Assembly: GCA_963708185.1 (NCBI GenBank)
Contig: OY970195.1
Span: 928,001 to 992,000 of the forward strand
Direction of reading: 5' to 3'
DNA from: Candidatus Peregrinibacteria bacterium
GTDB taxonomy: Bacteria > Patescibacteriota > Gracilibacteria > UBA1369
Length of the DNA stretch: 64,000 nt
The translations under genes were made by a program, and so were the position numbers. Numbering within the stretch: the stretch's first letter is position 1; every line of letters starts with the position of its first letter. The notes beneath the pieces were generated by a model, which saw only the letters and a list, made by a program, of their open reading frames with translations, was not told the origin of the DNA and did no database searches. This document shows, piece by piece, positions 1-9,575 of this stretch.

Positions 1-974
1 ACGTAAATGTACATCCGCGAAAAATGGAAGTGCGTTTCCGCGACGAGCGGGAAATTTTCAGCGCCACGACGCAGGCTTGCAGGAAAGCTCTTGAAACTCA
101 TGTTCTTGCACCGAATATCGGCGGCGGTGTTCCCGTAAACTACTACACCGAGCGCAAAGCCCAGCCCTTGAAGGTGGGAGAACCCGTGACGGAATTCCAG
201 GTGCCGAGCGAAGGCGAAGGCACCAATGAGGCCGCCGCGGTTGCGGTCGCAGCTGTTGCGGATATAACTCCTCCTTCCGCGAAAAGTCCGGTCGATACCG
301 GATTCACCGCGGCGGCTCAGGAAAATCTCCAGCAGGAAATGGTGTTCTCTCCCCAGAGTGTTCCTCATCACGCACAGGAAAGAAAACACCTCGACCCGAT
401 GCTTGCCCTGGCACAGCTCAACAACTCCTATATCCTCTGCCGACAGGGCACGGCCCTGGTTATCGTTGACCAGCATGCCGCGCATGAACGGATCCGTTTT
501 ACGGAAATTTTCGCGGAATTCTCACAAAAAAAACTGACGACCCAAACCCTGGCGATCCCTTTCCAGATGGAACTTTCCACCAAGGAAATCTGCATGTTCG
601 AAGAAAATACGGAACTGTTCAAACAACTCGGATTCGAGATCGAACCTTTCGGCGGAAAAACCTATGCCGTGCACAGCGTTCCGGCGAGCCTGGGACAGAA
701 AGACATCCAGCAGGCCTTTACCGGTTTGCTCGACGAGTTTTCCGAGGGAAAGAACAATGTGGAGGAACAGACGGCCAAAGCGTTGACCTATCTTTCCTGC
801 AGATCGGCTGTGAAGTTCGGCGATCCTTTGAGCCGCGAGGAGCAGGTCGCATTGATTGAAAAACTGCAGACGCTCGATCAGCCTTATACCTGCCCTCACG
901 GAAGGCCCACAATGATCGTCATGTCTTCGGAGGAACTGAAAAAGCGCTTCGGCAGGGATTACGCAGGGATGTAA
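1..974 (+). CDS. mutL: DNA mismatch repair protein MutL, C-terminal part (5' end outside window)
   Basis: Endonuclease motif DQHAAHERIRF, SCRSAVKFG and CPHGRP motifs of the MutL C-terminal domain; the ORF runs off the window start. Confidence 0.95.
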   Translation, partial: VNVHPRKMEVRFRDEREIFSATTQACRKALETHVLAPNIGGGVPVNYYTERKAQPLKVGEPVTEFQVPSEGEGTNEAAAVAVAAVADITPPSAKSPVDTGFTAAAQENLQQEMVFSPQSVPHHAQERKHLDPMLALAQLNNSYILCRQGTALVIVDQHAAHERIRFTEIFAEFSQKKLTTQTLAIPFQMELSTKEICMFEENTELFKQLGFEIEPFGGKTYAVHSVPASLGQKDIQQAFTGLLDEFSEGKNNVEEQTAKALTYLSCRSAVKFGDPLSREEQVALIEKLQTLDQPYTCPHGRPTMIVMSSEELKKRFGRDYAGM

Positions 975-982
975 ATTTCGGT

Positions 983-3223
983 TTATTCAGTCCCCACCAA
1001 TGCCGCCATATAGGCGTCGTTTTCGAGTTTGGTCTGAAGGACGGCCTGGTTATCCTGCGGAAAGAGCAGCGTTGCAGGAAAAGAATCGTACATCTTGAGT
1101 CCCTGGGCCACGACGAGGTTCTGATCGAGCGAACTCAGGACGATGCCGGGCTGGCGCTGGGCGAAGAAGTGGTAACTATCGGCGATGGCGGTGTTGAGTT
1201 TGACGGGCAGACGGTAACTCAGGGTCACCGATTGTTCCTCCCCGGCGGGAATATCCATTTCGAACATGAAGTAACTCTTCTGGATGTCGTCGTCGTTTTT
1301 GGTTTCGACCGTGCTCTGATCCACGCCGTTCGTGCCGAGGAGCGTGGAGCCTTCGGGAACGTAGACTTTGATCGACGATTTGTTGGGGCCGCTGCCGAGG
1401 ATGTACTGGACCGTTTTGGAAATATCCGTGTATCCGAAAGGTTTGAGGGTGGCTTTCCACTTGGTTAACTCTGCGGAAGACCAGGTGTGTTTCCGGTCGA
1501 TGGTGACCTCGTCGGTCATGGTCCCGTCTTTGGCGACGACGGTGGTATGTTCGATGGACTGTTGTATATAGGCGTCGCTCTTGTTCCCTCCAATGGAGGT
1601 GGTGATGACCTGAAGGTAGTCCTCATTGGGTTTGGTGCGGATGACGCGGCCGCTGAAGCCGAGTTCATCGAAAAAATTCTGGATGTCCTCGTCACGGGAG
1701 TAAAGAAGGATGTCGCGGTTCTTGAGCGCATCGATGACGAGCTTGACGATCTGCCCGATGTCTTTGGATTCCATGAGCTGCTTCTGGAAAGCCGGGATGA
1801 AACTTTTCAGGATTTTTTTTGGATCACCGTCACCGCTCGCCTTGGACTCCACGAGGTAGGAAATGACGGTCTGATAGTTGTCCTTGGTCAACGGCGCCTT
1901 GAGCCCGTCGATGCTGACCGGGCCGGTGACGTCGAACAGCCTGGAAATAAAACTCTGGTTGATGGCGATGACGCTGTCCACGCTCGGGCCTTTTTCCTTC
2001 TGAAGGAACCAGGCGGCTTTTTCCGCGGAGATGGCGAAATCCGGCGAGTAGTTGGAGTCGCGCATGCGCCAGTTCTTGGTAATTTTGGCGATGTCTTCAG
2101 GCGCAGGAATGTCTTCCTGGAGCTGACCGTCGGTTTCATAAATATCGTGGAATTCCGTCTTCGTCACGTAGCCGTCATTCACGTCAACGATGAGGTAGCT
2201 GCCGATGAAGCCGCCGGTTGGCCGGGCTTCGGCGTCGTTCTGTAAAAGGATGAGGTACCGATGCAGATAGCGCTGACCGAGCATCTTCATGACGACCGGG
2301 ATTTTCTGCTGGGTCTCCTGAAGCACGTCCTGGAGTTTGGATACCGCGTCTTTGGCCGTGGCGAGTTTGGATTTCATTTGTTCGGGCAGAACGTCCGCAC
2401 TCACCTGCGAGAGATTCTGCGAAGCCGCGTTGATCTTGTCCGAGGCTTGGTTGAGGAAAGCGAGATCCAACTGGAGTTTATCGGTGAGCGACGGTTTTGG
2501 CGTTATGCTGTCTTCATCCACGGGCTGGGCTTTGACGGGCGTGAGCTCCGCGAGACTGTTGTTCTGGAGGAGCAGGGCCGGCAGGTCCTGCAAATGCACG
2601 ATGCCTTTGGCAAAATCCGTTCCTGCTTCACTGATGTTTTTCCCTGCTTCGAGGAGATTCTGGGCGGATTCCACGGTCTTTTCTTTCGTGTAAAAAGCGT
2701 TCTGGTTGGTCTCGAGAAATCTCAGTGTTGAAAGGGCGGAATCGAAATTTTCAGTGGCACCGGAAAAAGAGCTCTGTGCCTGTGCGAAATCGGCGTCCTT
2801 CGATTGGTTTCCCGCCTGGACCAGATTGTCATAGCCGTTGAAAGCCGTTGCGATGACGTCATTTTTGATGATGATACCCCGCTGATAGATGTTGACGATA
2901 TTGATGAGGAAAAGTATGAGCGTTCCGGCGGCAGCCACCCTGATGATCTCGCTGAGACGCTGGTTGCTCCTGGGCTTTCCTTCATTGACCTCGACGAACA
3001 TGAATCTGTCTTTTTCTCCATTTTCAAAAGATTTCCCTTTGCGGATATCCATTATTTTTTTGCTGCCGCCTTCCAGCACGGTCCGTTGCTTGTCGATCTT
3101 CGAAAGATCGAGGAAGTTCTGCGAAGGTTTTAATTTTTTTTGGGGCAGCGGTTTATCCTCGCCGATGGCGATCGGAGAAAATTTCTGCTTTTGCAGATCG
3201 CGAAACGTTTTGTTTTTTTTCAT
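983..3223 (-). CDS. DUF4012-family membrane-anchored protein
   Basis: 746 aa, one N-terminal TM helix, helical region, then YLILLQNDAEARPTGGFIGSY, MRDSNYSPDF and GGNKSD motifs typical of DUF4012. Confidence 0.8.
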   Translation of the reverse strand: MKKNKTFRDLQKQKFSPIAIGEDKPLPQKKLKPSQNFLDLSKIDKQRTVLEGGSKKIMDIRKGKSFENGEKDRFMFVEVNEGKPRSNQRLSEIIRVAAAGTLILFLINIVNIYQRGIIIKNDVIATAFNGYDNLVQAGNQSKDADFAQAQSSFSGATENFDSALSTLRFLETNQNAFYTKEKTVESAQNLLEAGKNISEAGTDFAKGIVHLQDLPALLLQNNSLAELTPVKAQPVDEDSITPKPSLTDKLQLDLAFLNQASDKINAASQNLSQVSADVLPEQMKSKLATAKDAVSKLQDVLQETQQKIPVVMKMLGQRYLHRYLILLQNDAEARPTGGFIGSYLIVDVNDGYVTKTEFHDIYETDGQLQEDIPAPEDIAKITKNWRMRDSNYSPDFAISAEKAAWFLQKEKGPSVDSVIAINQSFISRLFDVTGPVSIDGLKAPLTKDNYQTVISYLVESKASGDGDPKKILKSFIPAFQKQLMESKDIGQIVKLVIDALKNRDILLYSRDEDIQNFFDELGFSGRVIRTKPNEDYLQVITTSIGGNKSDAYIQQSIEHTTVVAKDGTMTDEVTIDRKHTWSSAELTKWKATLKPFGYTDISKTVQYILGSGPNKSSIKVYVPEGSTLLGTNGVDQSTVETKNDDDIQKSYFMFEMDIPAGEEQSVTLSYRLPVKLNTAIADSYHFFAQRQPGIVLSSLDQNLVVAQGLKMYDSFPATLLFPQDNQAVLQTKLENDAYMAALVGTE

Positions 3224-3231
3224 ACCGCTTG

Positions 3232-5244
3232 CTATAAAACGTCGATGACGTAGGTGGTGGCGATACCGTCGTCAAAATAGTTCTTGGCCATGGTCAGGCT
3301 GTTGAAACCTTCAACGTACGGCTTCACGTCCGGATTCTGGTCGAGACCGAGCACGGGGATGAGGGCGCCGAGTTTGATCTGGAAAATTTCGTCCGCGGTG
3401 CGCATGACGGGAAGAACGGTCCTGGTAAAGCTGTCGGAGGTCCTGAGACTTGTCTGTACCTTTCCGGCTTTGCGGTCGATGATGTTGTTGAGCGCCGCGG
3501 GATTGGTGGACAGCACGAGCGTGTTGTCGAGAATCGCATAGTTGATGCTCCACGGCAGGCTTCCCAGCTGGAGGTTGGTCACGTTGTAGCCGTCGTAGTT
3601 GGAGTCGGTGCGGGTGATCTCTTCGGCGCTGGCGACGATCTCCTGGCCTTTGGTTCCGTCCGGGAGCGTCACCTCCTTGATTTCCGGAGAAAAGATGGCG
3701 CGCGTTTTGATGAAGGCGCTGGCAAGTTTTTCGATGCGCACGGTATCGAGGTTCTTGTCGGTAAGGTTCATGAATACGGAAACGACCGGTTGTTCGAAAT
3801 TGTTTTCGACGGTGACAAGGTACTCGTTCTGGAGCAGCGGATAGACGTCGGATTCGAGCGAAATGTCTTTCCCGAAATATTTGTCTTTCTGGGCCTGGAG
3901 GATGCCGTCGAAAAGGGTCTGGCTGATGTTGGTGCCGCTGCCGAAAATCTCACCGATGCGGTTGATCTCCTTGTACAGATCGTGACCTCCTGCAAAAAGA
4001 ATGGGGCTTTCTCCGGCAAGTTCAAGGAGCTTGCCTTCATATTTATCGCCGTAGGTGAGGTAGGTCGCGCCCTGGAGCTGGCTGCGGTCGATAGCCTCAA
4101 AAGACTGAACGGTCAGGTTGGTCTCGTTGGCAACCACCGTGAACCCTTCAGCAGAAAATATTTTCATGAACGGCTGCATCACCACAAGATCGTGCGTTTT
4201 TTGTCCCTGGAAAAGGGGGTTCTTCAGCAGCGTATCGAAGAGTTTCTGGACGTTGGCGTATCCGAAGACCAGCTGGTTCTGGGGAAGATTGTTGTAGACT
4301 TTCTGAAAAGTGGGATCATCCTGAAGTTTGTTGGTCTGTCCGCTCTGGACATCCAGAAGCTGCTTGAGAAGATCCTCGTTGCCCGCAAGAACGAGATAGT
4401 TATTGAGAAAAGCGAAATAGTAGCTCTGGCTGAGTTTGTAATGATAGATGGTGTAATTCTTGTAGGTGTCATTGAGCAGTTCGTCCCCTGAGTTGGCAAG
4501 CGCCCGATTCTTGAGGAACTCCATGGTTTTGTCGGAACTCTTGTTTTCAACAAAGAGCAGGAGTTTGACGGTATTGTCGTCCTGGTTCTGCTTCATGAGA
4601 ACCACGCCGATCTTCCGGCCGATCCATGGCTCGATGTCTTTCTCGTAGTCCACGGGAAAAATCAGGTCGGCCAGTTTGACGAGATTCGACGACTGGTATA
4701 CCGGATATTTCGCGAAGAGCGAGGTGAATTTTTTGACCTGATCGGAGTCCGGATCGATGTTCAGTTCAACAAAACCCACGGTGGAATCGGCGGGCAGGAA
4801 ATGCGCGAGCGATTCGGGACGGAAGAGTCTCGTGTAGAGAAAATAACTGACGAAACCGATCATAAAAAGCCCCACGATGACCATGACGGCTCCACGGATT
4901 TTTTGCCATTGTTGTTCCGTAAAGACCGGCTTCCGCAGTTTCTTCTCTTTGGGCGCGTGATGGACCGGCTTGGGGGTTTCAACTTTTAACTGTTCAGATT
5001 TTACAGGTTCGAGTTTTGTTGCTTCGATCTTTGCTATTTTCGCTTCTTCTTTTTTGATTTCAGCTTTGACTTCAGCAGCTTTTTTCTTGGAGGCTTTCTT
5101 GTCTTTGGCGGTTTTTACTCTTTTGAGAAGTTTCTTGAGAATTTTTTTATTCTCCTGCGCCTCTTTTTCGAGTTGGATTTGTTCAGGGGTTTTTACGGGC
5201 TTTTTCGTCGAGGCCACGGTTTTCTTTTTGTTTTTTTTCCCCAT
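3232..5244 (-). CDS. DUF3352-like membrane-anchored protein with Lys-rich N-terminal tail
   Basis: 670 aa; K/E-rich first ~105 aa, TM helix, then LAHFLPADS...DIEPWIG pattern resembling DUF3352. Confidence 0.6.
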   Translation of the reverse strand: MGKKNKKKTVASTKKPVKTPEQIQLEKEAQENKKILKKLLKRVKTAKDKKASKKKAAEVKAEIKKEEAKIAKIEATKLEPVKSEQLKVETPKPVHHAPKEKKLRKPVFTEQQWQKIRGAVMVIVGLFMIGFVSYFLYTRLFRPESLAHFLPADSTVGFVELNIDPDSDQVKKFTSLFAKYPVYQSSNLVKLADLIFPVDYEKDIEPWIGRKIGVVLMKQNQDDNTVKLLLFVENKSSDKTMEFLKNRALANSGDELLNDTYKNYTIYHYKLSQSYYFAFLNNYLVLAGNEDLLKQLLDVQSGQTNKLQDDPTFQKVYNNLPQNQLVFGYANVQKLFDTLLKNPLFQGQKTHDLVVMQPFMKIFSAEGFTVVANETNLTVQSFEAIDRSQLQGATYLTYGDKYEGKLLELAGESPILFAGGHDLYKEINRIGEIFGSGTNISQTLFDGILQAQKDKYFGKDISLESDVYPLLQNEYLVTVENNFEQPVVSVFMNLTDKNLDTVRIEKLASAFIKTRAIFSPEIKEVTLPDGTKGQEIVASAEEITRTDSNYDGYNVTNLQLGSLPWSINYAILDNTLVLSTNPAALNNIIDRKAGKVQTSLRTSDSFTRTVLPVMRTADEIFQIKLGALIPVLGLDQNPDVKPYVEGFNSLTMAKNYFDDGIATTYVIDVL

Positions 5245-5374
5245 AATAAATCAGAAAAAAAGGATGCACAGTCCGGTGAGCAATAGTATCTCAGAACAGC
5301 CTTGAAAGTTCAAGCTGATTACTGCTAGAATACAAGCCCGACGAGAGGTGATTACCCGATAATTCTTTCCTGAC

Positions 5375-7303
5375 ATGCTCGCCAAAGATCTCCGAAGACG
5401 CTTTATTGATTTCTTTGTAAAAAAACATCAACACGCGGAAATTCCCAGCGGATCGCTCGTCCCGGAAAACGACCCGACAGTTCTGTTCACGACCGCGGGC
5501 ATGCATCCGCTTGTTCCGTACCTTATGGGCGAAGTGCATCCTGCCGGAAAACGTCTGGTCGATGCACAGAAGTGTCTTCGCACCGATGATATCGACGAAG
5601 TTGGTGACGCCACGCACTGCACGTTTTTTGAGATGCTCGGCAACTGGTCGCTCGGAGATTATTTCAAAAAAGAGGCGATTGAATGGAGTTATGAACTGTT
5701 GACGGGATCGCTTGATGATGGCTGCCTGGGGTTGGACCCGAACCGGCTGATGGTAACCTGTTTTGCAGGAGACGACGATGCGCCGCGTGACGATGAAGCC
5801 GCGGGCCACTGGGAAAAACTCGGCTTCAAACGCTATACCGATGCCGGTGACAAAGACCGCAAACTGATTTTCTTTTACGAGAAAAAGAAGAACTGGTGGG
5901 GTCCCGCCGGACACATCGGCCCGTGCGGTCCGGATACGGAAATGTTTTATGATTTGAATCCCGAACTGCCGTGGGCTGAACATAAACCCGGGTCATCCGA
6001 AGCTTCACAAAAGCGCTACCAGCCTGCCGAATTGAAAGGCAAGTGCCACCCCAACTGCGAATGCGGACGCTATGTGGAAATCTGGAACGATGTTTTCATG
6101 CAGTACAACAAAATGCCGGACGGCAAGTATGAAACCCTTCAGCAAAAAAATGTTGATACTGGAATGGGGTTGGAACGCGTGGCCGCGATTCTGCAGGGTG
6201 TGCCGAGCCATTACGAGACCGAACTTTTTATGCCGCTCAAGGAGAAAATCAAGGAGCTCGCGACCGGTCCGAAGACTGCGGAAAGTGAGGAAGAACAGGT
6301 TTTTTCTTCACGCATCATCGCCGACCACATCCGCGCGGCGACCTTCATCATGGGTGATCCATGGGGCGTTGCTCCTTCCAATAAAGACCAGGGGTATATT
6401 CTTCGCCGCCTGATCCGCCGAGCGATACGCCATGCCAAAATGATCGGCATCGAAGGCAATTTTACCGATGTTCTGGGTCAGATCGTTATTGACACCTATG
6501 GCGACGTCTACCCGGAAATTAAGGCACGCGAAACGCAAATCATTGATGAATTCAAGAGGGAGGAAGCCAAATTCCAGAAGACGATCGAACAGGGCCTGCG
6601 TGAAATGGGCAAAATCTGGAACGACGACAAATGCAAGAAAGAGCTGGCCGTGGAAAATGGAGACAAAGCGTTCTTCGTCTACGAAACCTACGGTTTCCCG
6701 ATCGAGATGATCCAGGAAGAACTGAAAAAACTCGGCTACAGCATCGACAAAAAAACTTTCATGAAACGTTTTGAAGAAGCCCAAAAAGCCCACCAGGCGA
6801 AATCACGCGCGGGTTCAGAGATGAAGTTCGCGGGAGGTCTCGCCGACCACAGCTGGGAATGTACGATGCTCCACACCGCCACGCATTTGCTCCACCAGGC
6901 TTTGCGTGATGTGCTGGGCGACGACGTCTACCAGAAAGGTTCGAACATTACGGCCGAACGCCTGCGCTTTGATTTCAACCACAAGGATAAAATGACACCT
7001 GAACAGATCAAGGAAGTGGAAGCGATCGTCAACAAGGAGATCCAGCGTGACCTGCCGGTGAGTTTTGAAATCACCACGGTCGAAGACGCCAAAAAGAAAG
7101 GCGCCATCGGCGTGTTCCCGGACCGTTACGACGAAAAAGTGAAGGTCTACAAGATGGGCGATTTCTCCTACGAAATCTGCGGCGGACCGCACGTTGAAAA
7201 CACCGGCGTGCTCAAGAAATTCAAGATCACCAAAGAGGAGGCGGTTTCCGCAGGGGTCCGCCGTGTCAAGGCTGTCGTTACCGGGGCGGGGCTGAAGGAG
7301 TAG
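5375..7303 (+). CDS. alaS: Alanine--tRNA ligase (short form, no C-Ala domain)
   Basis: DPTVLFTTAGM, HCTFFEMLGNWS, GPCGPDTE, DTGMGLER, editing motifs HTATHLLH and EICGGPHV. Confidence 0.97.
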   Translation: MLAKDLRRRFIDFFVKKHQHAEIPSGSLVPENDPTVLFTTAGMHPLVPYLMGEVHPAGKRLVDAQKCLRTDDIDEVGDATHCTFFEMLGNWSLGDYFKKEAIEWSYELLTGSLDDGCLGLDPNRLMVTCFAGDDDAPRDDEAAGHWEKLGFKRYTDAGDKDRKLIFFYEKKKNWWGPAGHIGPCGPDTEMFYDLNPELPWAEHKPGSSEASQKRYQPAELKGKCHPNCECGRYVEIWNDVFMQYNKMPDGKYETLQQKNVDTGMGLERVAAILQGVPSHYETELFMPLKEKIKELATGPKTAESEEEQVFSSRIIADHIRAATFIMGDPWGVAPSNKDQGYILRRLIRRAIRHAKMIGIEGNFTDVLGQIVIDTYGDVYPEIKARETQIIDEFKREEAKFQKTIEQGLREMGKIWNDDKCKKELAVENGDKAFFVYETYGFPIEMIQEELKKLGYSIDKKTFMKRFEEAQKAHQAKSRAGSEMKFAGGLADHSWECTMLHTATHLLHQALRDVLGDDVYQKGSNITAERLRFDFNHKDKMTPEQIKEVEAIVNKEIQRDLPVSFEITTVEDAKKKGAIGVFPDRYDEKVKVYKMGDFSYEICGGPHVENTGVLKKFKITKEEAVSAGVRRVKAVVTGAGLKE

Positions 7304-7304
7304 G

Positions 7305-7607
7305 CTACTTTTTCCTGCTTCCCTTCCAGTCTTCCTTTCGTTTCTGCATTTCGTCGAGGTGCATTTTGTGCGCCTGTTCGACATGCATCCACCAAGGGGT
7401 GTTTTCTCCGCCGGTCATCCAGAAAAACATCATGCGGCAGAAGAGCAGCGCGAAATAAAAGAGAACGATAATAACGAGAAATCCGATGTAGGACCCGAGA
7501 TCCTGCAATGACATTTTGCCCTGGGATGCCATCCAGAAGAATCCGAGAACGACGGCGACGACGATGAACGGTTCGCTGAACCCGTTACGCACGCGGGAAT
7601 GTTTCAT
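7305..7607 (-). CDS. Small two-TM hypothetical membrane protein
   Basis: 100 aa ORF with two hydrophobic segments, divergent from the marR-family gene. Confidence 0.6.
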   Translation of the reverse strand: MKHSRVRNGFSEPFIVVAVVLGFFWMASQGKMSLQDLGSYIGFLVIIVLFYFALLFCRMMFFWMTGGENTPWWMHVEQAHKMHLDEMQKRKEDWKGSRKK

Positions 7608-7629
7608 AAAATAAGACTAAAAGAGTAAT

Positions 7630-7650
7630 ACATCTTAGTAACTAAGATGT
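7630..7650. promoter_or_regulatory. Perfect inverted repeat, probable MarR operator
   Basis: ACATCTTAGT-A-ACTAAGATGT (10-1-10) between divergent genes, abutting the -35 of the marR-family promoter. Confidence 0.75.
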
Positions 7651-7678
7651 TTACATCGTAAGACATCGGTGATAGACT
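7650..7678 (+). promoter_or_regulatory. sigma70-like promoter of the marR-family gene
   Basis: TTTACA-17 nt-TAGACT, 9 nt before the ATG at 7688. Confidence 0.55.
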
Positions 7679-7687
7679 GTCAATATC

Positions 7688-8167
7688 ATGAACAAAAAAC
7701 AGCTTATACAAGCTATTAATTACACATTCCGCCGTACTTCCACTGAAACCATCATGTTTCACCAGGCCGTTGCCGACGCGCTCGACCTGAATATAACGGA
7801 CCATAAATGCATGGAACTCCTCAATCGGTTGGGACCGATGACCGCTGGGAAGCTTTCGGAACTCACCGGGCTTACGACTGGAGCCGTCACCGGCATCGTT
7901 GATCGCCTGGAAAAGGCTAAACTTGCCAAAAGAACAACCGATCCAAAAGACCGAAGGAAGATCATAATCACGCTCGCCGACAATAAAACCGTCAGCAAGA
8001 AACTGTGGAAGATTTTCGGTTCGATGAGCAAAGCCATGGAAGAAGTCCTTTCGGGCTACAACGAGAAAGAGCTGAAGCTTTTTCTCGATTTCATGACAAA
8101 TGTCCTTGAAAAATCGCAGGAGGTAAGAGTAAAACTGCGGAGAAGGCAATCGAAACACAAGAATTGA
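7688..8167 (+). CDS. MarR family transcriptional regulator
   Basis: wHTH pattern GPMTAGKLSELTGLTTGAVTGIVDRLEK...DPKDRRK. Confidence 0.93.
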   Translation: MNKKQLIQAINYTFRRTSTETIMFHQAVADALDLNITDHKCMELLNRLGPMTAGKLSELTGLTTGAVTGIVDRLEKAKLAKRTTDPKDRRKIIITLADNKTVSKKLWKIFGSMSKAMEEVLSGYNEKELKLFLDFMTNVLEKSQEVRVKLRRRQSKHKN

Positions 8168-8189
8168 TTCATACTTTCAGGTGCTCAAT

Positions 8190-9575
8190 CTATACGAGTG
8201 AACTTTTTCGTTCAAGCAGCTCCCCTTTCATGAGCCATGATAAGCCTTTGGTGATCTTTACGTCCACCACGGCGCCCACGAGTTCGGGGCTTCCAATAAA
8301 TTGGACGACTTTGTTTTCACGCGATTTGCCTTCGCATTCTCCGGTTTCTTTGATGTATTTTTCCACAAGGACTTCCATGGTTTTTCCTTCAAAACGTTTG
8401 TGTCCTTCCAACGAGCATTCTTCAAGAATATCGTTGAGCGCGTGCCAGCGGCGGGCTTTTTCCTGGCGCGTCACGTCGTCTTTGAAGGCTCGTGTTGCCA
8501 CGGTTCCGGGCCTGGAGCTGTATCGGGCAATATAGGCCATGTCCCAGCGGATGTCTTTATACACTTTCAGGGTGTCTTCGAACTGCTCGGGCGTTTCACC
8601 GCAAAATCCCACAATAATATCTGTGGTAATGGAAGCGTCGGGGAGTTTTTCGCGGATTTTTTTGATGACCGACCTGTAGTGTTCCACCGTATACTTGCGG
8701 TTCATTTTTTTGAGAACGTCGTTGTTGCCAGCCTGGATGGGCAGGTGGAATTGCGGGCATAAGGAAGGCAAATCCACGTATGCCTGGATGAGTGAATCCG
8801 TGTAGTCATGCGGATGGGGTGAGGTGAATCGCACGCGGTTGAGGCCGATTTCGCGGAGCGCGTCGATCTTGGTGAGGAGGGTGACGAACGGGTCCGGCAT
8901 GCCCTCGAATTTTCCGGATTTTTTGTCGAGCGCACTGAGTCCGTACGAGTTCACGGTCTGTCCCACGAGGGTGATCTCCTTGCAGCCGTGTTCAACGAGG
9001 GCGCGACACTCCGCGAGGATGTCATCCATGGGGCGGCTCTGTTCGCGCCCTCTGGAATAGGGCACGATGCAGTAAGTGCAGTATTTGTCGCAGCCGATCT
9101 GGATGGGCACGAAAGCCTGGAACCTGGTTGTGTACTTAGGATTGATCTTGAGATAGTCATTGAGATCGGCTTCAGCAAGCTGCGGAAGATCCAGCTGAGG
9201 TTCGGCTTCGGCAAGCACTTCACCGATCTTGTGGGTTTCGGTAATTTTGAACACGAAGTCCACGGAATCCACACGCCTGAGCAGGTCGTCCTTGGTTTCC
9301 TTCTGGGAGTTCCTGCTGCTGGTTTTGCGGATCATGCATCCGGTCAGGCCAACAAGCAGTCGGGGATTCCTCTTCTTGAGGCGCTCAAGATTTTCAAGCT
9401 GGCCGAATACCCTGTCTTCGCCTTTCTGGCGGATGGAGCAGGTATTGAAAATGTAGAGGTCGGAATCCTCCCACTTTTGGGTCCGGTCGTAGCCAAGTTT
9501 TTCCAACAGTGCCGCAACGCGTTCACTGTCGGAATAGTTCATGGCGCACCCCAACGTTTGGATGTAATATTTCAT
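8190..9575 (-). CDS. miaB: tRNA methylthiotransferase MiaB
   Basis: UPF0004 domain (TLGCAMNYSDSE, NTCSIR), radical SAM CDKYCTYC, C-terminal TRAM-like region. Confidence 0.93.
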   Translation of the reverse strand: MKYYIQTLGCAMNYSDSERVAALLEKLGYDRTQKWEDSDLYIFNTCSIRQKGEDRVFGQLENLERLKKRNPRLLVGLTGCMIRKTSSRNSQKETKDDLLRRVDSVDFVFKITETHKIGEVLAEAEPQLDLPQLAEADLNDYLKINPKYTTRFQAFVPIQIGCDKYCTYCIVPYSRGREQSRPMDDILAECRALVEHGCKEITLVGQTVNSYGLSALDKKSGKFEGMPDPFVTLLTKIDALREIGLNRVRFTSPHPHDYTDSLIQAYVDLPSLCPQFHLPIQAGNNDVLKKMNRKYTVEHYRSVIKKIREKLPDASITTDIIVGFCGETPEQFEDTLKVYKDIRWDMAYIARYSSRPGTVATRAFKDDVTRQEKARRWHALNDILEECSLEGHKRFEGKTMEVLVEKYIKETGECEGKSRENKVVQFIGSPELVGAVVDVKITKGLSWLMKGELLERKSSLV

